Shown here: one piece after another, positions 54,539 to 64,000 of the stretch
How positions within the stretch are numbered: the first letter of the stretch is position 1
Layout of the letters: the number at the start of each line of letters is the position of its first letter
NCBI GenBank assembly: GCA_029961045.1
Contig: JASBVN010000036.1
Span: 6,079 to 70,078, forward strand
Direction of reading: 5' to 3'
Length of the DNA: 64,000 bases
Source: Alicyclobacillaceae bacterium
Lineage (GTDB): Bacteria > Bacillota > Bacilli > Kyrpidiales > Kyrpidiaceae
Position numbers and translations under genes: made by a program
The notes under the pieces: generated by a model
Databases searched by the model: none
What the model was told of the DNA's origin: nothing
What the model saw: the letters and a program-made list of their open reading frames with translations, nothing else

Positions 54539-56044
54539 TTACTCGGCCCCGATACCCGTCTGAGACCGGACGAACAATTCCGCAAACTTGCTGTCCGCAT
54601 CCGCCTCGCGGCGTCCCAAATAAGTCCCCAGCCATGCGGCCAAAAACCCAAGCGGGATGCTGACCACACCCGGATTTTGCAACGGAAACAGGGCGCTCTT
54701 GGCATCCATGACCGCCGGGCTGATAAACACCAGAATCAGCGAAGACAACAATCCGACCGCCATGCCCGTCACCGCCCCCGCCGTGTTAAACCGTTTCCAG
54801 AACAGCGAGAACACGATCACCGGGACGTTCGCGCTCGCCGCCACCGCGAAGGCGAGAGCCACCATGTACGCGACATTCCACTGGCGGGCCGCAATGCCGA
54901 GGGCGATGGACGCCAAACCCACCACCAGCGACGTGTACCGGGCCACCCGAACCTGTTCTTCCTCTTTCGCCTGTCCGCGGCGGATCACATTGGCGTAAAA
55001 GTCGTGGGCAAAGGCCGAAGACGCCGCGATGGTCAGACCGGCCACCACAGCGAGAATGGTGGCAAACGCGACGGCGGCGATAAACGCCATCATGAAGTCT
55101 CCGCCCAAATGTTTCGCCAACAGCGGCGCCGCCATGTTCCCGCCTTTATCAAGTTTCAGAATTTCTTCCTTTCCAACCAACGCCGCCGCTCCGAATCCGA
55201 GGAACGTGGTGAGAATATAGAAGGTTCCGATGATCACCGTCGCCCAGACGACCGATTTGCGGGCCTCTTTTGCAGAGGGGACGGTGTAAAAGCGAATCAG
55301 GATGTGCGGCAGGCCGGCCGTGCCCAGGATCAGCGCCAGACCGAGAGAAATTTGATCGATGGGGTTCTTGAACCGAAGGCCCGGTTCCAAATACGCCGGA
55401 CCGTACTTGTCCACCACGGCCTGGAACATTTCGTTTACACTGAAATGAAACTTGACAAGAACCAGCAGACTGATGATGATGGTCCCGGCCATCAGGAGAA
55501 CGGCTTTGATAATCTGCACCCAAGTGGTCCCGAGCATCCCGCCGAAGACCACGTACAGCACCATCAGAATCCCTACGACGAGGATCGCCGTGGTGTATTC
55601 CATCCCGAGTAGAAGGTGGATCAGTCCGCCCGCACCGACCATCTGGGCGATCATGTAAAAAGTGCTGATGACGAGGGTGCTCAGAGCCGCCATCGAGCGA
55701 ACCGGCACCGGACTCAACCGAAAGGCCACCACGTCGGCCATGGTGTATTTTCCGGAATTGCGCAGGGGCTCGGCCACCACCAACAGGACCGTCAGGTAAG
55801 CCACGAGCCATCCCACCGAGTACATAAACCCGTCGTAACCGCTCAGGGCGATCATACCCGAAATGCCCAGAAAAGAAGCCGCGCTCATGTAATCGCCCGC
55901 AATGGCCAAGCCGTTCTGCCACCCGGTCAGGGAACGGCCGGCTGCGTAGAATTCCGAGACGGTTCGCGTCCTTCTCGACGCCCAATACGTGACGGCCAAG
56001 GTCACCAGAACGATCAGACCGAACAAAATAAACGCTTGATTCAT
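54539..56044 (-). CDS. actP: cation/acetate symporter (SSS family)
   Basis: SEFYAAGRSLTGWQNGLAIAGDYMSAASFLGISG is the ActP-type N-terminus. It is coupled to the upstream DUF485 gene. Confidence 0.88.
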   Translation of the reverse strand: MNQAFILFGLIVLVTLAVTYWASRRTRTVSEFYAAGRSLTGWQNGLAIAGDYMSAASFLGISGMIALSGYDGFMYSVGWLVAYLTVLLVVAEPLRNSGKYTMADVVAFRLSPVPVRSMAALSTLVISTFYMIAQMVGAGGLIHLLLGMEYTTAILVVGILMVLYVVFGGMLGTTWVQIIKAVLLMAGTIIISLLVLVKFHFSVNEMFQAVVDKYGPAYLEPGLRFKNPIDQISLGLALILGTAGLPHILIRFYTVPSAKEARKSVVWATVIIGTFYILTTFLGFGAAALVGKEEILKLDKGGNMAAPLLAKHLGGDFMMAFIAAVAFATILAVVAGLTIAASSAFAHDFYANVIRRGQAKEEEQVRVARYTSLVVGLASIALGIAARQWNVAYMVALAFAVAASANVPVIVFSLFWKRFNTAGAVTGMAVGLLSSLILVFISPAVMDAKSALFPLQNPGVVSIPLGFLAAWLGTYLGRREADADSKFAELFVRSQTGIGAE

Positions 56045-56391
56045 GCCCGTACCCCCTCCGCCTTGCGGGACCGCTCGTGCTCGTCGCGTACCAATTGTTC
56101 TGCTAATTGGTCAAATTCCGACGCTTTTCGCACATAGATCCAGCACAGCACCCAGACCATTGCGAATTGCGAGAGGGCAAACAGGTAACCAAAGGTGATC
56201 TGACCGACGACCCGCCAGCCCATCAGGGATTTCGCCCACCCGGCGAATATGGGCAGCAAAAAGTAGTACACGAGGAAAAAGACGATGGCCGGAATGAGGA
56301 ACCTCTTCTTTTTTTTCACCAGCTTTTGAAAGGTCGGTGATTCGGCCAGCTCCTTCCAAGACGGAGAAACGGGGGTGTGAAAAGCGGCCAT
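56041..56391 (-). CDS. yjcH: DUF485 (YjcH-like) small membrane protein
   Basis: 116 aa, two TM helices. It overlaps the actP start, which is the standard yjcH-actP pairing. Confidence 0.8.
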   Translation of the reverse strand: MAAFHTPVSPSWKELAESPTFQKLVKKKKRFLIPAIVFFLVYYFLLPIFAGWAKSLMGWRVVGQITFGYLFALSQFAMVWVLCWIYVRKASEFDQLAEQLVRDEHERSRKAEGVRA

Positions 56392-56429
56392 AGGATCCCT
56401 CCTCCAAGAAGATTATGATTACACCGTTA

Positions 56430-56459
56430 AATGTAATATATAGACAAAAAGCTTGTCAA
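56430..56459 (-). promoter_or_regulatory. putative promoter of yjcH-actP
   Basis: The minus strand reads TTGACA-18 nt-TACATT in an AT-rich divergent intergenic region. Confidence 0.4.
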
Positions 56460-56689
56460 CCATAATTTTTCTTAATAAAAGGTTTTTTCTATCTGCTAAG
56501 TCCATTATAATGGCGCAGGGTATGCAACACTTAGAGGGCCCTCGAACGCCCTTCGTTCGTTGACGGACAGGTGACAAAACGGTACGCTGAAGGTACGAGC
56601 AACTCCCGGGCCGGAAGGAGGACGGGGGAACCCCCATTCCACGATCGGCCCCGGGCGCGAAAACCTCAGAGACGGAGGAGGTTTCTTCT

Positions 56690-57181
56690 TTGGAGACGGA
56701 CAAACTCATCGTAGACGCTTTCATTGAAATCCCGAGTGGCAGCCAAAACAAGTACGAATTCGACAAAGAAAAGGGCGTTTTTCGGTTGGACCGGGTGCTG
56801 TATTCGCCGATGCACTATCCCACCGAATACGGGTACATCCAGGAAACCCTGGCCGAGGACGGCGATCCGCTGGACGTCCTGGTCCTCACCACGTTTCCGA
56901 CCTTTCCGGGCTGCGTGATTGAAACCCGGGTGGTGGGAGTCCTCTTGATGACCGACGACAAAGGCAAGGACGAAAAGCTCCTCGGCGTGCCGACGGAGGA
57001 TCCCAGGTGGAAACAGGTCCGGTCCCTCGAAGACGTTCCTCCGCACATTCTCGAGGAAATCGCCCACTTCTTCTCGGTGTACAAACAACTGGAAGGCAAA
57101 GAGGTCAAAGTAGAAGGCTGGCGTGGAACGGACGAAGCGGCCCGACTGCTGGAGGACGCGCGCAGGCGGTACCGGTCATGA
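56690..57181 (+). CDS. ppa: inorganic pyrophosphatase (family I)
   Basis: EIPSGSQNKYEFDKE, YGYIQETLAEDGDPLDVLVL and DDKGKDEKLL. The TTG start lies 8 nt after GGAGGAGG. Confidence 0.92.
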   Translation: METDKLIVDAFIEIPSGSQNKYEFDKEKGVFRLDRVLYSPMHYPTEYGYIQETLAEDGDPLDVLVLTTFPTFPGCVIETRVVGVLLMTDDKGKDEKLLGVPTEDPRWKQVRSLEDVPPHILEEIAHFFSVYKQLEGKEVKVEGWRGTDEAARLLEDARRRYRS

Positions 57182-57241
57182 CCGCCGGTCGGAGGGATCG
57201 GGAGCCCTTGCACTTCCGCCCGGAGGTGTAAGGGCTCGCGG

Positions 57242-57499
57242 TCACCGAAACATCCGGAAACCGCGACGCCGGAGGGCGCGGATCGTCAGACCGCTGGCCG
57301 CCGCCCCGACTGCCCCGATGCAGACGAGGGTCCAATCGAAAGCCTTGAGATGCCCCCCCGTCTTCGCGAGGACGTACAGAATCAACACCGCGTAAACGGC
57401 CGAACTGGTCCACCAGGGGGCGATCATGTTCACGATAAACCCCACCCCGAAGGTGACCACCAAGGCCAACAAAGACAGCACGATCAAAAGGGCAATCAT
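57242..57499 (-). CDS. small hypothetical membrane protein (85 aa, ~3 TM)
   Basis: MIALLIVLSLLALVVTFGVGFIVNMIAPWW... The ATG follows GAAAGGAAG. The longer tracked ORF overlaps the crotonase gene end. Confidence 0.5.
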   Translation of the reverse strand: MIALLIVLSLLALVVTFGVGFIVNMIAPWWTSSAVYAVLILYVLAKTGGHLKAFDWTLVCIGAVGAAASGLTIRALRRRGFRMFR

Positions 57500-57687
57500 C
57501 GCGAGGCTCTTCCTTTCGTCGTCCCCGTTTGGGAGGGCGCCGGCCGGGGCGCCCATCCGAGACGCTTCCAGTGTGCCAGCCGCGGCGAAGATTGTCAAAC
57601 CGGCCGGCCGGTCCGGGGGCTCGATGTGGAACATACCGGCGAACGATCTGCGGACCGTTCGCGGATCGCCGCGTCCACCAGCCGGAC

Positions 57688-58473
57688 TCACCGGTGTTTA
57701 AACTTCGGGGCCCTCTTCTCGAGGAAGGCCTGCACTCCCTCTTTGACGTCTTCCGTCTGAAACACTTCGTCGAACAGGTCGGCTTCGTACTCGAGCGCTT
57801 CTTTGAGGGGACGCTCCAGCCCCTGATCGACCAGTCGTTTGATCCGGCTCAAAGAAACCAGCGTCCTGGAGGCGATCGTCTTGGCCAGGTCCTTTGCCGC
57901 TTCCATGACCTGGTCATCCGGAACCACCCGGTTTACCAGCCCGATCCGCAAGGCTTCCTCGGCGGAAATCGGATCACCCGTGAACATGAGTTCCTTGGCC
58001 TTCGCCTCGCCGACGAGCCGGGGCAACCGCTGGGTCCCTCCGGCGCCGGGAAACAGGCCCAGCTTGATCTCCGGCAATCCCAATTGGGCGCTCTTTCCCG
58101 CGATGCGAATGTCGCAGGCCAACGCCAGTTCGCACCCTCCCCCCAACGCATAGCCCAAAATGGCGGCGATGGTGGGCTTTTCGAGGTCGTCGAGACGGTT
58201 CAACACCTTCTGCAATTCCCTGGACATGGCCCCCGCCGCACCGGGTTTCATCCGGGAAGGAAACTCCTTGATGTCGGCGCCCGCCATGAAGGCTTTCGTG
58301 CCCGCTCCGGTCACGATGACGGCGACAACCTCCCCGTCGGCCGCGACTTCCTCCACACACTCCCCGAGTTCTCGGGCCACCGCCTCGCTCATCACGTTGA
58401 GGGGTGGATTGTCGATGGTGATCACCGCATACCCTTCCTCTTTGGTCCATTGCACCTTCGTCCTCTGCGTCAT
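57688..58473 (-). CDS. enoyl-CoA hydratase/isomerase (crotonase family)
   Basis: KAFMAGADIKEF, ILGYALGGGCELALACDIRIA and GLPEIKLGLFPGAGGTQRLPRLVG. Confidence 0.92.
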   Translation of the reverse strand: MTQRTKVQWTKEEGYAVITIDNPPLNVMSEAVARELGECVEEVAADGEVVAVIVTGAGTKAFMAGADIKEFPSRMKPGAAGAMSRELQKVLNRLDDLEKPTIAAILGYALGGGCELALACDIRIAGKSAQLGLPEIKLGLFPGAGGTQRLPRLVGEAKAKELMFTGDPISAEEALRIGLVNRVVPDDQVMEAAKDLAKTIASRTLVSLSRIKRLVDQGLERPLKEALEYEADLFDEVFQTEDVKEGVQAFLEKRAPKFKHR

Positions 58474-58674
58474 TTCCTCGCCTCCTGTTCAACTGGGCAT
58501 CCAAATGAATGTCCTAATTTTACAATATTCCACGCCGGCCGCAGAAATCCTGCCCGAACCTCCCGGAGGAGGCGGCGTTCGCCGGAAGGAAACGACCGCC
58601 GTGTGGACAGCGGGATTTAAATTGTTATATGATACACCCGTCAGACGCACATCGTCCATAGACGGAGGATGCTC

Positions 58675-59811
58675 ATGTTGGAATTGATTTTGTTCGACGT
58701 CGACGGAGTATTGTTGAGCGAAGAACGCTATTTCGACGGATCGGCGCTCACGGTATGGGAACTGCTGTACAGTCCGAATTACCTGGGATTGTCCGGAACC
58801 TATACCCCCGATCCTTCAGAGGAACAGATTCGAGCCGTCCGCCGCGAAGTCTTCTTAGACGACCGGATCTTACACCTGCTGAAAAGCAAAGGCGTCAATT
58901 CGAACTGGGACATGGTCTATCTGAGCTTTTCGTTCCAACTCCTCCTGGGTTTGAAAAAAATTCGTGAAATTTCGGTTCAAGAAGCGGAAAAATGGCTTCA
59001 GAAACCGATCGATCGGGATGCGCTGCCGGAGCTGGGCGCCCGCCTTCGGGACGCGGGGTTCCAACCGGATTTTTCAGCCTTTTATGAAGCCCTCTCCAAC
59101 GCCTCCGCGGTCCAGCACCAACTGTTACAGGCATTGAACGATTGGGCGGAAGCGCTGACGGGGATCCCGACCCGCCAGTTCGGGCGGATCAGCCCCTTGT
59201 GGTCGGTCACCATGAACGCCTTTCAAGAATGGTATTTGGGAGCCGATCACTACCTGGAACGGTACGGCCGGACGCCGGTGGAACGCAAACGCGGTTTTCT
59301 CTACGATGAAATTCCGATCCGGCCGGCCCCCGAAATCCGCCGGGTTCTCGACTGGCTCAGGAACCGGGGCTACCTGCTGGGAATGGGCACCGGCCGTCCC
59401 CGGGTGGAAACCCGGGTGCCCTTATCCGCCCTCAACCTGTTGGAGCCCTTTGAAGACGACCGGATCGTGACCGCCGACGACGTCTTGGAAGCGGAGCGAA
59501 AGGCCCCCCGTTTCGCTCCGCTGGCCAAACCCCACCCCTACACGTATCTGCGCGCCATCGATCCCGTTTCCGAAGTCGGGGAACTGCTGGAGAGGCCATT
59601 GCCGATCCGGGACGCCGACAAAATCTTAATCGTCGGCGACTCCCTCGCGGATTGGATCGCGGCCCAAAAGATCGGATGCCGTTTCGCCGCCACCCTGACC
59701 GGGCTCAGCGGCGCCAAAGCCCGAAGCAGTTTTGAGGAGCGGGGAGTGGAGTGGATCCTCGACGATGTGACCGGCTTGCCGGATCTCCTCGAACGCCCGG
59801 CGGCCCGCTGA
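58675..59811 (+). CDS. HAD-superfamily hydrolase (long cap variant)
   Basis: Motif I LFDVDGVL, motif IV-like VGDSLADWIAA. ATG at 58675 lies 5 nt after GGAGGA; an alternative ATG lies at 58669. Confidence 0.75.
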   Translation: MLELILFDVDGVLLSEERYFDGSALTVWELLYSPNYLGLSGTYTPDPSEEQIRAVRREVFLDDRILHLLKSKGVNSNWDMVYLSFSFQLLLGLKKIREISVQEAEKWLQKPIDRDALPELGARLRDAGFQPDFSAFYEALSNASAVQHQLLQALNDWAEALTGIPTRQFGRISPLWSVTMNAFQEWYLGADHYLERYGRTPVERKRGFLYDEIPIRPAPEIRRVLDWLRNRGYLLGMGTGRPRVETRVPLSALNLLEPFEDDRIVTADDVLEAERKAPRFAPLAKPHPYTYLRAIDPVSEVGELLERPLPIRDADKILIVGDSLADWIAAQKIGCRFAATLTGLSGAKARSSFEERGVEWILDDVTGLPDLLERPAAR

Positions 59812-59848
59812 CGGCCCGGACGGCCCGCTCCCCCCGATATACGGCACA

Positions 59849-59894
59849 GGGGGCGTCCCTCCCCCGAAACCGGAGAGACGCCCCCGTTTCGTTT
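59849..59894 (+). terminator. rho-independent terminator after the HAD gene
   Basis: GGGGGCGTC-(19 nt)-GACGCCCCC followed by GTTTCGTTT. Confidence 0.6.
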
Positions 59895-59918
59895 ACGTGA
59901 CGGTACAATCCGAAGCGA

Positions 59919-60368
59919 TCACGAAGGGCGATCGGCCGCACGGAGGGGTTGCGGTTCCGGCGATTCCAACACCTCCGCCAAGGTCAGCCCGTCCAACGCT
60001 TTCGCGATGCCCTCGCTCAGCTTGACCCACACCTTGCGGGTGTGACACGTCGGAATCCGGTCGCACCACAGGGTGTCCACATCTTCCGCGACGCAGCCGA
60101 TGGGTACGAGAGAGCCTTCGAGAACCCGGACCACGTCCCCGACGTACAGGCGATCGGGGGGCTGGGCCAACAAAAACCCGCCGTTGACCCCCCGCACGCT
60201 TTTGACGATTCCCGCCTTGCGCAGGGAGACCATGATCTGATCGAGAAACGGCTCCGGGATTCCCTCGATCTCCGCAATCTGCCGAGTGGACATCGGACGG
60301 CCCCCCGATCGCTCGGCCAGGGTCACCAGCGCCCGCAACCCGTATTCCGTGCGATTGGACAACCTCAT
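59919..60368 (-). CDS. Rrf2-family transcriptional regulator (three-Cys, possibly Fe-S binding)
   Basis: MRLSNRTEYGLRALVTLAE ... winged HTH, with a cysteine cluster GCVAEDVDTLWCDRIPTCH. Confidence 0.85.
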   Translation of the reverse strand: MRLSNRTEYGLRALVTLAERSGGRPMSTRQIAEIEGIPEPFLDQIMVSLRKAGIVKSVRGVNGGFLLAQPPDRLYVGDVVRVLEGSLVPIGCVAEDVDTLWCDRIPTCHTRKVWVKLSEGIAKALDGLTLAEVLESPEPQPLRAADRPS

Positions 60369-60405
60369 GCGAGCCACCTCATCTCCTGTCGTCCGATTCC
60401 ATGGC

Positions 60406-60720
60406 TTACAGATCGTCCGCGTCGATCCAAATTCCGCCGTCGCGAACGTGGACTTCATACGTACGCAACGGCGAGAAAGCGGGCAGGTGAACGGCCGCCC
60501 CGGTCCGGACGTCGAAACGGCCTCCGTGTTTTGGACAGGTGACCACCGGTCCGTCCAGCGTACCCTCCGTGAGGGACGCCACCGCGTGGGTGCATAAATC
60601 GGACGTCGCGTAAAACCGGCCGCCGACATTGTACAGGGCTACATCCGCATCCTCCACCCGGACCCGCTTCATTTGACCCGGTTGCAGTTCGTCCACCGAC
60701 GCAATTTTGACCAACGCCAT
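60406..60720 (-). CDS. Rieske [2Fe-2S] ferredoxin-like protein
   Basis: CTH ... CPKHGGRF (CxH / CxxH Rieske ligands). 104 aa. Confidence 0.85.
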   Translation of the reverse strand: MALVKIASVDELQPGQMKRVRVEDADVALYNVGGRFYATSDLCTHAVASLTEGTLDGPVVTCPKHGGRFDVRTGAAVHLPAFSPLRTYEVHVRDGGIWIDADDL

Positions 60721-60743
60721 GCCGTTCGACTCCTTCGTCCCGG

Positions 60744-62141
60744 TTAACCGATCGATCCTTCCATCTCAAACTTGATCAAGCGGTTCATTTCCACCGCGTA
60801 TTCCATGGGCAACTCCCTCGTAAAGGGCTCGATGAACCCCATGACGATCATGCGCGTCGCCTCTTCTTCGGTCAGTCCCCGGCTCATCAGGTAGAACAGC
60901 TGTTCCTCGCTGACCCGGGACACCGTCGCCTCGTGCTCCAGCGTCACGTCGTCGTTCAAAATCTCGTTGTACGGGATGGTATCCGACGTGGACGCTTCGT
61001 CGAGGATCAAAGTGTCGCATTTGATGTTTGCCTTGGCCCCCTTCGCCTGGGGCGCAAAATGGGCCAAACCGCGGTAGGTGGTCTTGCCGCCCTGTTTGCT
61101 GATGGACTTGGACACGATCGTCGAGGTGGTATCCGGCGCCGCGTGGATCACCTTTGCGCCGGCGTCTTGATGTTGGCCCTTGCCCGCCACGGCGATCGAC
61201 AGGACCGTCGCCTTGGCGCGCGGCCCCATCATGTACACCGCCGGATACTTCATTGTCAATTTCGAGCCGATGTTGCCGTCGATCCACTCCATGGTCGCAT
61301 CGGCATAGGCCACCGCCCTCTTGGTCACCAGGTTGTAAATGTTCGGCGCCCAATTCTGGATGGTGGTATACCGGCAGCGGGCCCGGTCCTTCACGATGAT
61401 CTCCACCACCGCGCTGTGCAAGGAATCGGTGCTGTAGATGGGCGCGGTACAGCCCTCGACGTAGTGGACGAAACTGTCCTCATCGGCGATGATGAGAGTT
61501 CGCTCGAACTGCCCCATGTTTTCGGAGTTGATGCGGAAATACGCCTGAAGGGGCACCTCGCACTTCACTCCTTTGGGCACGTAAATGAAACTCCCGCCGC
61601 TCCACACCGCCGAATTGAGGGCCGCGAACTTGTTGTCCTCCGGCGGCACCACCGTTGCAAAATATTGCTTGAACAACTCGGGATACTCCCGCAGCGCGGT
61701 ATCGGTGTCGGTGAAAATGACGCCCTGTTCCGCCAGTTCCTTTTGAATGCTGTGGTATACGACCTCCGATTCGTATTGAGCCGACACGCCCGCCAGGAAT
61801 TTCCGTTCCGCCTCCGGAATCCCCAACCGGTCGAACGTGTTTTTGATCTCCTCCGGGACTTCCTCCCACGTTTTCCCCTGTCGCTCCGTCGGCTTGACGT
61901 AATAGGTAATGTCGTCAAAGTTCAGCTCCGACAGATCGCCGCCCCAAGCCGGCAGCGGCTTCGACTGGAAAATCTCCAAAGCCCGCAGCCGAAAGTCGGT
62001 CATCCAGCCGGGTTCGTTTTTCATCATGGACAGTTCTTCGACGACCTTGCGGTTGAGTCCCTTTTGAAACTTGACCACCGCAATGTCGGGATCGCGGAAC
62101 CCATACTGGTATTCTTGAATATCGGGTATGACCTTCGCCAC
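60744..62141 (-). CDS. sufB: Fe-S cluster assembly scaffold SufB
   Basis: [17 protein letters not shown] parallels the B. subtilis SufB N-terminus. GTG at 62141 lies 5-6 nt after AAAGGAGGGG. Confidence 0.92.
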   Translation of the reverse strand: MAKVIPDIQEYQYGFRDPDIAVVKFQKGLNRKVVEELSMMKNEPGWMTDFRLRALEIFQSKPLPAWGGDLSELNFDDITYYVKPTERQGKTWEEVPEEIKNTFDRLGIPEAERKFLAGVSAQYESEVVYHSIQKELAEQGVIFTDTDTALREYPELFKQYFATVVPPEDNKFAALNSAVWSGGSFIYVPKGVKCEVPLQAYFRINSENMGQFERTLIIADEDSFVHYVEGCTAPIYSTDSLHSAVVEIIVKDRARCRYTTIQNWAPNIYNLVTKRAVAYADATMEWIDGNIGSKLTMKYPAVYMMGPRAKATVLSIAVAGKGQHQDAGAKVIHAAPDTTSTIVSKSISKQGGKTTYRGLAHFAPQAKGAKANIKCDTLILDEASTSDTIPYNEILNDDVTLEHEATVSRVSEEQLFYLMSRGLTEEEATRMIVMGFIEPFTRELPMEYAVEMNRLIKFEMEGSIG

Positions 62142-62157
62142 GGCAACCCCTCCTTTT

Positions 62158-64000
<1,843 letters not shown>

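Overview
Dense, visibly GC-rich (not computed) chromosomal window. It looks like a spore-forming Bacillales-type Firmicute: yunB, sufD-S-U-B gene order, the acsA/acuABC divergon and a T-box leader are all present. The taxon cannot be proven without a database search.

I call about 62 protein-coding genes. I saw no rRNA, intact tRNA, CRISPR array, transposase or integrase.

Content from left to right:
- Fatty-acid activation and beta-oxidation genes, then yunB, proC and trxA.
- A 2-oxoacid dehydrogenase E1a/E1b/E2 operon headed by an FAD-linked oxidase, then gltX.
- A ~3.2-kb islet (13.3-16.6 kb) carrying a tRNA-Lys 3' scar, a ~290-bp inverted duplication of a gene 5' end, and an uncharacterised four-gene envelope operon.
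- An ABC1/UbiB-type kinase, an SCP2-ADH-R2lox-ALDH operon, a patatin and a LuxR/GAF regulator.
- A complete form-I aerobic CO dehydrogenase cluster: coxMSL, an XdhC/CoxF-YHS fusion, coxG, coxD, coxE and a second xdhC. It is flanked by a soluble GAF histidine kinase/NarL pair, moaA, mocA and a WYL regulator.
- An esterase and hsp20, then an aminotransferase-SRPBCC-acyl-ACP-reductase-like operon.
- acsA/acuABC, then a T-box (probably Phe) controlled hisC-aroA(G) pair.
- SLT, cax, actP-yjcH, ppa, a crotonase and a HAD hydrolase.
- sufD'(partial)-sufS-sufU-sufB, followed by Rieske and Rrf2 genes.

Best leads:
- The islet operon and its inverted repeat.
- The AAR-like reductase plus aminotransferase operon.
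- The R2lox operon.
- The CoxF-YHS fusion.
- A 59-bp promoter/operator block shared by two cox-associated divergent promoter regions.

All start codons were chosen by eye from RBS context. All family assignments rest on motifs I recognise, not on searches.
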